Of a stretch of DNA of 64,000 nt, positions 1 to 13,850 are shown in pieces. How positions within the stretch are numbered: position 1 is the first letter of the stretch; each line of letters starts with the position of its first letter. The translations under genes and the position numbers were made by a program. The stretch is from Octopus sinensis (Eukaryota). The stretch lies in assembly GCF_006345805.1 (NCBI RefSeq), contig NC_043002.1:88350001-88414000 (forward strand). Direction: 5' to 3'. A model generated the notes under the pieces. That model ran no database searches. It worked only from the letters and a program-made list of their open reading frames with translations, and was not told the DNA's origin.

Positions 1-3000
1 ACGTGCAATCTGCAGTATCCATTATCTATGCTGTGAAATGACTGGATCTGGGTTAGGATTAAGGTTTGGGATTAGGGTTTAGAATTAAGGTTAGACAGCA
101 CTCTAAAGTATAAATGGCCAGATAGATTGCATGCTAAAGTGGCACCAATCACTCCATCTCACATGACAGGTGCTAGTTAAGAGTCACAACAACAGTGATT
201 GTCAATATTATTTCAATATCCACTTCTCCATGCTTGCATGGACCAGGTGAAAATTCAATGAGGTATACTTTCTACACCCAGATGTTCTTCAGGTCACCTG
301 TTTTTCAAGCGAGGTAATGTTTTCCTTGATCCTTTGAACGCGAACAGCATAATGACTGAACATGTTTCCATAGAAGATTGCAAACAAACGACAATAATTG
401 TATGGTGGTAGCAGTCATTTACAACTTATACACACTGTCAAGACCAAGAGACACAAACCTGTGTATGTGTGTGTGTGATGTACATGCACATAGACACATT
501 TATTATCGATCAAACACACTTAAATATTTTATTGGCCTGTGAGCTTATGCAAACAGCTACCCAGTAGGGCTGAACTTGGGACGATTTGGCTGCAAACTTT
601 TTAACCACTTTGTTGCACTAGCAGAAAACTGATAAGAATTTTGTGACATTAAAACTGTCAGATTTAAAATAATCTATTACTGTGAAGTAGTCTATAATCA
701 ATTGCATATATTTAACAGGTTTCAATTACACGAATTTTTATGAGTTTATGAAGTGGCAAAATGGAATGTTATTGTTTAACATTACTATTACAGCAATTTA
801 TTTAAAAGTATTCATTACAATAGATACGTATACTTAGAAATGCAATTAAGAAAACTAGGAAGAAGGACTTTGTTTTTTTTTTTCCTTGAGAAGATAAACA
901 TTAATGTCTGAAGAAACAAAATATATCTAGGTTAAAAACTTTGACCTCAATCATATACCCAGGTGGATGTTAACCACACTATTTTCAAGCCTTTTTTTTT
1001 TCTCATCTCAATGTCAAATATGTCAAATATCATTCTCACATTTCAACACAAGTTCTTTTTTCTTTCAATTTAAATTACAAAGATATCGGTTGTGCATATC
1101 AAATCTTGCTTTATTGAAATAAAATATTTAAATACACTATCATGTTTCACATACTGTGGTTTATACGCAGGTATACACATAAATCACACACACAAAATAC
1201 ATTTGTAAATCTCACTCCTCACTACATGACTAAGATATTAATTTTGCAGACTGACTTAACTAACATGGTCATGTGTCACAATTTTGTTAATCTGTTTTGT
1301 TCCAATGTATTGGTCTGATAACATTGCCACTTCAAAGTAAAGCAATTTGAAGTAATAAGAGAATCCAACTGTAAAACTGCAAGCTCCAAAAATATGCAAA
1401 TTCTAGTTTCTCCCAGACATAGGGAGGTAGAGGATATAATTGAGTAAAACCAACTCCAACGCTTCACTGATATTTTATTTTACCAAATGAAGAGCAAAGT
1501 TGACCTGAGCAGTATTTGAACTAGGAACATAAGGAGTTGTAACAATGTGCCATTTTGCATAGACCGATATGAAAATTAGAGTGAAATAATGATGAATGTC
1601 ACTAGTTGCCAATCATTTATCTTCACGGAATATTATTATGTTGGTAGGTAGCTAATAAGACAGAAGACATCTGACCAGAAAATATCTGAATAAAACCAAT
1701 ACAACTCCTGATATCATGGTGTAGTTAAGGATATTGAGAAATAGTTTTCAGGTTTATGTCAAGACCTTTAAAATATGATGCAGAAACACTTATTCTATCA
1801 ACTAAAAAGCACAATTTCACATCAATTTTTCATGTTTGGAAGTGATTGCTGACTGCCAAAAGAAGCTAACAAAAGACCCTTTATGTTAACACTTGACAAA
1901 CAAATAATACAAGCCAAAACTCCCACAAAGCATAGGTCTTCTGGACCAGTGTTCCCTAACAACATAGTCAAAGCTTTGCTGACCTAGTTTTTACCTATTA
2001 TACCAGTTTTGAGATTAATAGGATCTTATAGCATTTTCACTATATAATTCTGAGTGAAAAAAAGCAGAAAATATTTCCCTGAAACTGACTACCAAAACTG
2101 CAACACACATTCAATAGAATGGATGTATTGTGTATGAGAGTAATTATCACTATGATAATGAATCTTTGTTAGTAAAAACTATAAATAAGAATAATACACA
2201 TCACCAAAAATTACATTTTGAAATATTTGATGTATATGTAGATAAGGTTCTAAATATTAAAAATGCAAAACTGTACATATGTATCTTCCCTGATTCGATT
2301 TTGTCAAAAATACTTTCCTAAATGTAAGTAGCGATGTAGCTCTTCTACAATAATAAAACAACTCTATCCCATTCTTTTCTCTCATACCTTAACTTACATC
2401 TGCTCACATTAAGACCCTCCCCTAGGGTTCCATAAGCTTAGGAACGGCATGGCAACATCGCTATTTGGACAGTTACAATAACGTTGGTGAACATTTTCCC
2501 ATTTTTCACAACTGTATTAAATTGTTCATTTATCCCCATAAGGAAGGCTCAACCTTCGATCATAAGATATGTCAATTAAAAGTGAAGTCACAACACTAAA
2601 TTGTTAACCACCTTAAGCTAATCTCATTTCATTGCTATCATCAAATTGGAAGATTTACCGAATATTTGTGGTAGTATCCGTACTACCCCACCCCTTAAAT
2701 GATAAAAGAGAAACATTGGTCATTGTTCCTTTCCTGGAATTAATGACTTCCAGTATACAAGCAAAAATTTTTTTTCAACAACAAAACCTCTCAGAATTCT
2801 TTAGGGTTAAATTAATAATTTTGATTTAAACAGTTTCAGAAATAACCGACTATGGAGTTAATGCAATTAGATTCAAGAGACACGAGTTGGTTACCCTTAT
2901 AGACACATTTTTAGAAACGATTGTTAAAATATGTAACATAATTTGTTAACGAGGCGCGATATTAAAAAATTGGCAAGACATTATGTAAACTTTTAATTGC

Positions 3001-3095
3001 AACCATATTTTCGATAGCAATGAAAGTGTTCACAGCATCTAATTATAATTGGGAATACAAGAAGAAAAGCATGGATGGTAATTTCCACATTCGAT

Positions 3096-3133
<38 letters not shown>

Positions 3134-5094
3134 TATATATATAATATATATATAAGATTTCCGGTTTTGTGACAACTTGAAAAACAATGCCGGCTCTTTT
3201 CGTACTTTCACTTGCGATATGTTATATGAAATCCTTCTTTTCAATAAACACGCACGTGTTCGTTTAAGGGTGAAGTTTGACATTTCTAAGGGTTAAATTA
3301 CGAACATTTCATTGTGGATTCCAGTTTTGAGAAATTCTAATTCTGACAGAACCATATTCACTGTCTACGAAGAAAATATATTCTTAAAAATTGAAATTGC
3401 TATTTATAGACAATTACATAACGTCCCAAACATTAAAAAAAAAGAAAGAAAGAAAGAAAGAAAGAAATCTCATACAAAATGGTAATCTAACTGATTTTGG
3501 TGTTTGGAAATATGATACGAAAACAAAAACCTTTTTAACAAGACAATATCAAACGAGAAGGAAATTTAAAACAACAGTTTATTAGAATTCAATAAGACAT
3601 TCAGAAATAATGTAAATGGCTAAAAAAATCAGTTTATAGTTGACAAACATTTCGTTACAGAATAAGTTTATTTATCTTGTTGACACAAATTTAATTTTTT
3701 TTTTTCAAATACATATCTAATTTACAGCTGAAACCGAATTTAAGATATGTCAGTGTATCGTTCACTTGAGTATTTGAGTAACGGCTACGCCTTACTAAAA
3801 ATTTTAAATATATCTTAATTACCTACACAAGTATTGTATTACAAATTTTTAATTGCAGTCTTACAGCAAAAATAACTAATTTCAAGATGTACACAATCTG
3901 CTAATTCGTGAGTTTGGAAATATCTCAAGCAAAAATATATGCCCTGCTTTAAAGGAGGGGTACAGCACTTAACATTCCCAGCCTCTAAGTTTTTGTACCA
4001 GCGCATATTTTATCCTTTATCGACACCCTAAAAAAATGTCCCAGTTTGTATAGTTTCAAAAGCTTGACACTTATACCCTTCCTTTTTTGCTGACCTTAAG
4101 AGAGCTGGCAAATAATGATTGGTAGGGAGCCTGTTCCCAATGTTAAAGTAGGTTAGAAGATAGGGCTGGAGGTGTATCGTGTGAAAGAAACTAAAGGGTT
4201 TCTAAATAGTAGTCATCAGTCTATGAAATGGTTGTTCTTAATAAACTAACGAATTTTTTACATTATTCTAGATCATAGGATTTCATTCAAATTCTTACAA
4301 ATATAAATATATATATATATACACACACACACACACTTGAGGAAAGACAAAACACAAATCAATTGTTTGTAATTAGAATTTTTGAAACCAAATAGAGCCG
4401 ATATTAAAACGTGAATATTGTATAATACAAATAAATTGTCTTCTAAACAAAATATGTTTTTAAATCAAATTTAACTAGAACACCTAGTAAATTGAAAGAA
4501 AAAATTGGGAGCGGGGAGAAAATTGACAAAATATTGCAAACATCGAGTTTTTGTTGTGTCAACTATTCTTAAAAGTACTCCACTTAACAGACTGGATTTT
4601 CAATAAGGAAATTGTTCTTTTATTCAAATAAGAAAGCTATTGCCAAGTGTTAAAGTATGCTTCTCGCAACTTGAAAGAAAGTGACAGATAAAACCAGTAG
4701 CAGCCAACCAGCCACTATGGTATTTGTTAATGTAACTGTGGTAGAATGGTATTGAAACTGCGGTAGTGGTGGTGGTAATAGCAATAATAGTAACTGTGGC
4801 AATGGTCGTAGCAAAGTATTGCAGCTGAGGTAGTCGAGTGGTATTGTAACGTAGTGGTAATAGCATGAAGTATATTGTAACTGTGGTATAGAATTGGTTA
4901 GTAGGTGGTAATATTAGTAATATTGTAAACTAGTAGTTAGTATGGAGATATTGTAACTGTCACAATGATAGTCACATTGTAACGGCGACAGTAGTAGTGG
5001 TATCATAACTGTAATGGTGATAGTTGTATTGTAACCAAGGTTGTAATACTAATGCCTAATTAAGGAACAGGGCCGGCAATTTTTTAAGTAAAGG

Positions 5095-5430
5095 GTTACA
5101 CCGATACCATCGACTCCCAGTGCTTCACTGCTACTTTATCTTATTGATCCCGGAGGGATGAAAGGCAAAGTTGGCCGCGGTAGAATTTGAACTCGGAAAC
5201 GTAGAGAGCTATTGCAAAGCATTTTGCCCGACGCTTTATTCTACAAGTATATCAATAACCCTAATACAGACAAAAAGGCCTGAAATGTGGGAAAGGAGGT
5301 AAAGTCGATTACATCGACCCCAATGCTCGAAAGGGTAAAAGGCAGTCGACCTCGGCGTCACTTGAACTCAGAATGTCGCTACGCATTTTGTCCGAAGCGG
5401 AAAATGATTCTGCTCGCTGGCCGCCTTAGT
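5095..5430 (-). mobile_element. Two adjacent partial copies of SINE family B
   Basis: Reverse complement of the GAGTTCAAAT..CCGCCGAGGTCGACT-GCCTTTCATCC motif seen intact at 26177. Confidence 0.65.
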
Positions 5431-6828
5431 AATAATTGAAATATTGAAGGCATTTGTATTGTGGAATTCACAAACGGTAGATATTAAAATTCATTAAGCC
5501 TATAGATATTTAATGAAAGAACCAACTGTCATAATATGTTATTATAATCAAGTGTGTGTGTGTGTGACACATATACACATATTTATGTGTCAGTTTATGT
5601 AACCTAAAATCCTGATGTTTGTATGTGTACCTGATTTAACAGTCCGTGTGCTGTAAAAGCCTGCTGTGTGTTTTTGTATGTGTAAATATGTGTACGATGA
5701 GACAGTCACGTAGTGTAAAATGCTACCCCGTGTGTGTGTAAATGTATGTGACAGTTCGTGTATTGCAAAACTGTGTCTGTGTGTATATATATTAAATATA
5801 TGCTGCCTGTGTTGTAAAATCCTGTATGTGTATGCGTGTGTGAGAGTTAAATCATATGACAGTGAAATTCGAAGTCAATAGGATGACGTCAACACCACAC
5901 TATATCACTGGTTAACTAAAACTAAGTGGTTTTGTTTCATTTCACGCATACAACTCGCTCTACGAAGATATTTATGAAAGTAGATTCCTATTTTATTAGC
6001 TTAAAAGTACAAGTAAATGTATATAGACTGATATTTATATTTTATTTCGAATCAAAGATAAAACACCGGCTTTTGTTCTATAGTCTTTCCCCATCTCTTC
6101 TTCAGTAATTAAAATATAAACTGAACGAGACCATACTCAGTGTATAATTAAAAGCCAACTAGTAAAGAATTATTCGGTGATGTACGCAAATTATTAATTC
6201 TAAATTTAAAAAGAAAAAACATAGCTAATCAAATATTGCAGAGGGATATACATATATTAAGATAAAAATTGTGATCAGTATCAAATTAGATCAAAACATA
6301 CAAGTGTATGTATGTATGTATGTATGTATGTATGAGATGCTTGTCTTTATACATGCAAAATGTCATATCTGAAGGGAAGGTGAAATTATAGTAAAGTTAT
6401 TATCAAAATAAGTGGAACGGTTTCAACAGATAACCAAAGGAGTGAGCTTAATACCAGCGACGCCCGCCATACGTATGTGGAGGACTGACTGCATTGGTTA
6501 TATGAGTACATTCTTCACATTTTCTCTAAGATAGCATCGTTTGTTCGAAAAGACGGCGGTCGAAATTCCATCGAAGATGCAGAATGACAGATAAGACAAA
6601 ATAACTTAAAGCAACAAGAGAATATATCTAAGAACTTTTTTGTAGGGTGTAACTATATATATGCCTTAATTTAAAAACCCCCCAAAAAAAAAAGTTTTTG
6701 ATCGGCGGATTAATAATAACTGTGAATTATCAGAAATAAATTTCTATTAATTAGATTAATTGAAGCACGACTCGAAGACAAATTATTTAAATTAAAAAAA
6801 CTGTGAAACAAATTAGTTTGAAATGAAG

Positions 6829-6861
<33 letters not shown>

Positions 6862-7570
6862 ACACAAAGAAGATATAAAATATGAATATTTTGTAAAAGA
6901 TGTAAGACATATATGTAAGTGCTTGATATTCTTGAAAGAGAGAGAGAGAGAGAGAGAGAGGAGAGGAGAGAGAAACGGTAGTATTCTAAATTCTGCTGAA
7001 GTGAAACAAACGTATATCTATCTGAGAAGCCGGGAACAGTACAAGTATTTCACTTATGTAGCAGAGAAAAATGACTTCGCTATTCTATATACCCGCCCAC
7101 CCAGCTTCCCCACCTCTAGCTTCTTTCTCCTCTTCCTCCTACTCCTACCTCTTTTCATTTAGACAACTGTTGTTAAAAATAGCAATTTAAAAAAGAAACT
7201 ATTTCATATATATAAATATATGTATATATATATATATATATATATAAATATATATATATATTAAATAAATCGAACAAAACAGCGCATAAAAAAAAACTCG
7301 AATTTTGCAAATGGTTCGAAATTTAGATACTCAAGCTTAAAAAAATAAAAATCGACTTATTCTGTTATTTAAAAGATGCAAACAAAAGGTATGACATGTG
7401 AAGTGAACAAAAGAAAATTACAGAAAATGTAAAGCAAACTATAAATTCCGCCGGCTGAATATATGTCTTGCAAACATCATATATATATTATATATATACA
7501 TATATATATATATATAACAGCCCTTAACCACATTAAGTCCTATTACACTGAGGATGTTTTAATACACACA

Positions 7571-7612
<42 letters not shown>

Positions 7613-8797
7613 CCACACACCAATGAATCTATATACTTATTTAAACTGAAGCATCGCAAATCTTTTCCTTAATTTCTAAGCCATTTTCTTTTTCAAAATC
7701 AAATTTTCACATGAAATAAGATATGTCAAATCCGGGTTGTTACTCCATTTACGAAAAATAAAGCGGATGAAAGAATTCTTCCCCCTTCACACACACATAC
7801 ACACAACTGTTCCTTTTTATCGGCGTAATTATTAATTTTTGGCCAAAGTCAAAAGGAATGTTTGCCTGTGTACACAATTTAAGACGGGGGGGGATTTTAA
7901 AACTGAGGGGACTAACGAGAATTCCGCCAACTTCAAGAGGGGGAGGGATGTTAAAAGAAAGGAACTGATGGTGGTGGTAGTGGTGGTGGTGGTGGTTAAC
8001 AGCAACAACGCCATCCATGGTCCCAGTAAGCCGGCACATAATAGCATCCTGCCCTATTAATTTACAAGAAGCTCCCTATACCTCACGTTCTCCTTAACAC
8101 AGATACATATATCAAGTGATGAGAATCGCTTAGCAAGGAAACGATGTAAATTTATCTCAATATTTTTTAATCTACATGAAAGAAATATAAATCGAAATAT
8201 ATCTTGATATGACAATTAAAAAAAATGATGGTTATGAACTTGGAGAGCAATTTGATATATTTCTTTATGGGTCTAAGAAATTCCCTCTTATCTTTAAGAC
8301 ATCAACCTAAATTACACCGGTGAGAAATTATTTCTGCTAATCAACTAAAATAAAAACAAAGAATCTTAAAAACTGAAAAAAAAAAAAAACCCTCACTAAA
8401 TTCCGTCGGTTGATTACTGGAGGACAAAATACCTCTTACAGTGAATAAATAACAAAAAGAAAAGGGTGTGTTGGAATCAATGTGGACAATGATCAGCGGT
8501 AAATTAATGAAAGTGAAGAAAGTGGAACCAACAGCTGTATCGTATCGGAAGAAAAGTGAGCTTGTTAATAGTTTAAGGTGTGGAGAGAGAGAGAAATAGT
8601 TGCTGCATCTAGAGCAAAGATACTTGTCCTATGTTAGGAAACGGGACAACCTAAGTTATTTAACACTGCTTTCATTTGAATAGCAATCAACTAAAAATAA
8701 CTGCCAACTATTTATCTGTCAACACAGATACACACGCATATACACTCATTATCTCTCTATATAAATATATAGGAAAAAATATTAATAAAAGGTTGTA

Positions 8798-8852
<55 letters not shown>

Positions 8853-8856
<4 letters not shown>

Positions 8857-9743
8857 GACATTTGCGAAGGACATGGGGCTACAGAGAGCTCCTTTAGTCA
8901 GAGCAATCCAAAAAGTAAAAGATGGTAAGTTTGTAAACAGCAACCAAACATACATATCTAAAAAAAATAAAAGAATCCTTCTTCAAATGCACCATCGAGA
9001 GAGATTATTAGTTTAATTAATCATAGTCCCACGCTCATATCAATTGTCAAAACTGGGTAGGTTCTTAATTGCCGAATACATTTTGTGAAGAAGACTTAAA
9101 CAAACGCACGGAAATATATTTCCAAATTATATTAAAAAAACCGAGTTACCGCAGCTTTTTTTTTTTTTTAATGATGAATAACATTGAAATAATTATGAGA
9201 ATTTATCCTCATTTAAAATAAGACATACGCCGGTAAAATGTAGAATTTGTTCGAAGCAATTTGAACAAGGTGTGACTGAATCCCCGCCATATCTCTTACT
9301 TTCAGCAACACAGGAATTCCTATGAAATACGTCATCTCAATCAACATTATGTTGTTTTGCTTTTTGTTGTTGTCTTACTAACATCAGTGACACGTATATA
9401 TGACATAAAAATACAGACATTTCTAAAATCTAGCGAATATAACGTTAAGAGATAGAAACAGCCTACAACAACGACGACGATAGTGAGGACATAATAGAAG
9501 CGGGGGGAAGGCGACGGAAAAGGGCTTTCTGGAATGATCCTCGTGATCTGTGTTGCTTGATGTAAGGAGCAGTCGTTTAGCCCCAGGTCAGCTCTGACTG
9601 AGTAAATGTCATGATCGACATTCCAACCCTAACGATCATGTATTTTTTTATATCAAAGACTATATACATACATATATATATAGACATATATACACATACA
9701 TATATATAGACATATATACACATACATATATATAGACATATAT

Positions 9744-9774
<31 letters not shown>

Positions 9775-9793
9775 GACATATATACACATACAT

Positions 9794-9845
<52 letters not shown>

Positions 9846-10646
9846 GACATTTGCGAAGGACATGGGGCTACAGAGAGCTCCTTAGTCAGAGCAATCCAAA
9901 AAGTAAAAGATGGTAAGTTTGTAAACAGCAACCAAACATACATATCTAAAAAAAATAATAAAAGAATCCTTCTTCAAATGCACCATCGAGAGAGATTATT
10001 AGTTTAATTAATCATAGTCCCACGCTCATATCAATTGTCAAAACTGGGTAGGTTCTTAATTGCCGAATACATTTTGTGAAGACTTAAACAAACGCACGGA
10101 AATATATTTCCAAATTATATTAAAAAAACCGAGTTACCGCAGCTTTTTTTTTTTTTTAATGATGAATAACATTGAAATAATTATGAGAATTTATCCTCAT
10201 TTAAAATAAGACATACGCCGGTAAAATGTAGAATTTGTTCGAAGCAATTTGAACAAGGTGTGACTGAATCCCCGCCATATCTCTTACTTTCAGCAACACA
10301 GGAATTCCTATGAAATACGTCATCTCAATCAACATTATGTTGTTTTGCTTTTTGTTGTTGTCTTACTAACATCAGTGACACGTATATATGACATAAAAAT
10401 ACAGACATTTCTAAAATCTAGCGAATATAACGTTAAGAGATAGAAACAGCCTACAACAACGACGACGATAGTGAGGACATATAGAAGCGGGGGGAAGGCG
10501 ACGGAAAAGGGCTTTCTGGAATGATCCTCGTGATCTGTGTTGCTTGATGTAAGGAGCAGTCGTTTAGCCCCAGGTCAGCTCTGACTGAGTAAATGTCATG
10601 ATCGACATTCCAACCCTAACGATCATGTATTTTTTATATCAAAGAC
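8853..10646. repeat. Near-identical tandem duplication, period ~989 bp (unique parts 8853-9660 and 9842-10646)
   Basis: Both copies start (TA)n-TGAAGACATTTGCGAAGG and end TATCAAAGAC before the same minisatellite. The differences I found are small indels. Confidence 0.95.
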
Positions 10647-10729
10647 TATATACATACATATATATATAGACATATATACACATACATATATATAGACATA
10701 TATACACATACATATATATAGACATATAT

Positions 10730-10762
<33 letters not shown>

Positions 10763-10803
10763 GACATATATACACATACATATATATATATATAGACATA
10801 TAT

Positions 10804-10834
<31 letters not shown>

Positions 10835-10971
10835 GACATATATACACATACATATATATATATATATATATAGACATATATACACATACATATATATATA
10901 TATAGACATATATACACATACATATATATATATAGACATATATACACATACATATATATATATAGACATAT

Positions 10972-11004
<33 letters not shown>

Positions 11005-12175
11005 GACATATATACACATACATATATTATATATTATATATATAGACATATATACACATACATATATATATATATATATAGACTATATACACATACATAT
11101 ATATATATATATAGACATATATCACATACATATATACATATATATATATATAGACATATATACACATACATATATATATATATAGACATATATACACATA
11201 CATATATATATATATAGATATATATAGACATTATATACACATACATATATATTATATATATATATATATAGACATATATACACATATATATAATATATAT
11301 AGACATATATACCATACATATATATTATATATATATATAGAATATATAACATATATATATATATATATATATAGACATATATACACATATATATATATAT
11401 AGACATATATAACATACATATATATATATATAGACATATACACATACATATAATATATAGACATATATACACATACATATTATATATATAGACATATATA
11501 CACACACATACATATATATATATAGACATATATACACATACATATATATATATATAGACATATATACACATACATATATATATATAGACATATATACACA
11601 TACATATATATTATATAGACATATATACACATACATATATATATATAGACATATATACACATACATATATATATATATAGACATATATACACATACATAT
11701 ATATATATAGACATATATATACACATATATATACACATATATACAGACATATATATATACACATATATATACACATATATACAGACATATATACACATAT
11801 ATACACACATATATAGACATATACACATACATATATATATATTAGACATATATACACATAATATATATAGACATATATACACATACATACATATATATAT
11901 AGACATATATACACATACATACATATATATATAGACATATATACACATACATACATATATATATAGACATATATACACATACATACATATATATATAGAC
12001 ATATATACACATACATACATATATATATATAGACATATATACACATACATACATATATATATATAGACATATATACACATACATATATATACACAGACAT
12101 ATATACACATACATATATATAGACATATATACACATACATATATATACACATACATATATACACACATATATATA
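10647..12175. repeat. Compound minisatellite, unit TAGACATATATACACATACA(TA)n
   Basis: About 1.5 kb array of the unit with variable (TA)n. A shorter array lies at 9661-9841. Confidence 0.95.
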
Positions 12176-12868
12176 GTAGTGTGATCTGAGGGAAATTTGT
12201 CAGCTATTTCAACCAGATCGTACGATAACGTTGGGGGTTCACCAAGTTACTCAGTGATTTGGAAAGCCGGTTTAAAGTAGAAAAACAATCAGGGGTAAAA
12301 TATGAAAGTAACAAAAAGTTCCATAAAAAAAAATATTCTAGAATAAATGAAGATACGTGTTGGCTGTTTGGTGTGATAAAAAGGTTTATAACGACAAAGA
12401 CTGAATCGAAGTGATGATACCCGATTTCCTGATCACTGGTGTTGAAACAACATATCGACGATACTCAACGAAATGAATACGCAGTCACACATACATATGC
12501 CTATGTATGTACAAGCTGTCGGTTCACTGTCGCTACTCAGAGTTTTTTTGGGGGGTTTTTGTTGTCTTATCTCTTGATGCGAACATTCGGATGACAATAG
12601 AATATCACGTAAATGACAGCAGACATCATCGAGCGAGATAAAAATGAATTGTAACACAATGAATCACCAGCCTCAAATGAAATGTGTGAGGGACAGACAG
12701 ACAGACAGGAAAAGAAAAAAACATGTATTGAGTACTACTTTTTTCGTGAATTTCTGTAAAATGTCATTTAAAAAATATACATTTCTTACAAAGTCGGTGG
12801 GGAGGGAACCAATCTGTGAGTGATACCATATGAAAAAACTAAGGGAATACTTAATACACACACACATT

Positions 12869-12899
<31 letters not shown>

Positions 12900-13076
12900 A
12901 TGTATGTATATTTCGTTTTTGGATTTGGTTTGCAAGATTCTTTATGTGTTCGTGTGTTGAAACATATACTGTTGTGTCTGGGGAGAGGAAAATAAGAAAT
13001 AAGTGGAAATTTTACCGGTGAGTGTGTTAAATAATAAGGCACAAAAAGAAAATGACTCTCCCCAGACATAACAGAT

Positions 13077-13123
<47 letters not shown>

Positions 13124-13245
13124 ATAATGCCGCCACTAGTGTTGTCTTGTTACTGAGCGGGGTGAGGAAAGAAGTGTCAAAATGGTTAAAGGCATATGGA
13201 ATAATGATACGAAACGTTTAAAGATACGTCACAAAAATTACTTAC

Positions 13246-13343
13246 CCGTATATAAGAGCGCACAAATGGATGAACCATACAAAACACCATCCACAAAGGG
13301 TGATGATAGATATACCTGTAAAAACTAAATGGACTATGGTCAT
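13246..13343 (-). CDS. UGCG: First coding exon of a ceramide glucosyltransferase (glucosylceramide synthase) homologue; later exons not found in the window
   Basis: Minus-strand ATG at 13343 gives MTIVHLVFTGISIITLCGWCFVWFIHLCALIY-G(G), then a consensus donor GG|GTAAGT (13245-13240), phase 2. It aligns without gaps to the human UGCG N-terminus as I recall it ([33 protein letters not shown]), sharing L6, G10, W23, H26, A29, I31 and Y32. The hydrophobic stretch fits the N-terminal membrane anchor. Confidence 0.85.
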
Positions 13344-13351
13344 CTCGACAT
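13340..13351 (-). other. Minimal upstream ORF (Met-Ser-Arg-stop) overlapping the main start codon
   Basis: Minus strand reads gccaacATG TCG AGA TGA; the stop overlaps the main ATG (AG-ATG-A). Confidence 0.7.
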
Positions 13352-13789
13352 GTTGGCTATGTCTTAAGATGTGTTATTGAATATATAGATTTTATAATCT
13401 TCTATAAAAATAATTATATACACATTTATGTATATATATATATATATATATATATTTGTTTGTTTGTTTGTTTTGTTTTTTTTTTTTTTGGTTTTACTAT
13501 ATTTCCTGTCTGATGAAGAAGAGAAAGAAACTTGGAGGTTCTTAGGAGGGTAAAAGAAAACCGGTAATGTCTGTCTCTCCTTCTCCGTTTCTGTGAACTG
13601 TTGGGGGTTTCTACCAGCAGTTTTCGGTGATGGCTATGTGTTGTTGGTGTTGTTGTTAGTAGCCGCAGCTACCTACCTCCCGTGTAAGCAGCCACTAAAG
13701 GGAGCAGCAGTAACGGTTCTCTCGATTTTATCAAATAAAATACACTCCCTCATTCAACTTCTGCCAGTAACGAGGAGGTAAAAACCGCC

Positions 13790-13850
13790 TGCAACTTCTA
13801 AAGTATTTGCGCATGCGTAGGCGGAAGATTAGCGGTTTCACTACTTCTCG
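13790..13850 (-). promoter_or_regulatory. Probable core/proximal promoter of the UGCG-like gene
   Basis: TGCGCATGCG (NRF1-type palindrome, 13808-13817) next to GGCGGAAG (ETS-type, 13820-13827) in locally CpG-rich sequence about 460 nt upstream of the ATG. TSS is inferred. Confidence 0.55.

Noticed and set aside
9577-12168. Long ORFs of Y/I/C/M/V repeats (up to 279 aa)
   Set aside because: They are translations of the TA/CA minisatellite, which lacks stops in several frames; no coding signature.
13505-13545. CTGATGAAG...GAAAC in the putative 5' UTR region as a hammerhead
   Set aside because: The segment between the cores is all purine and cannot form stem II.
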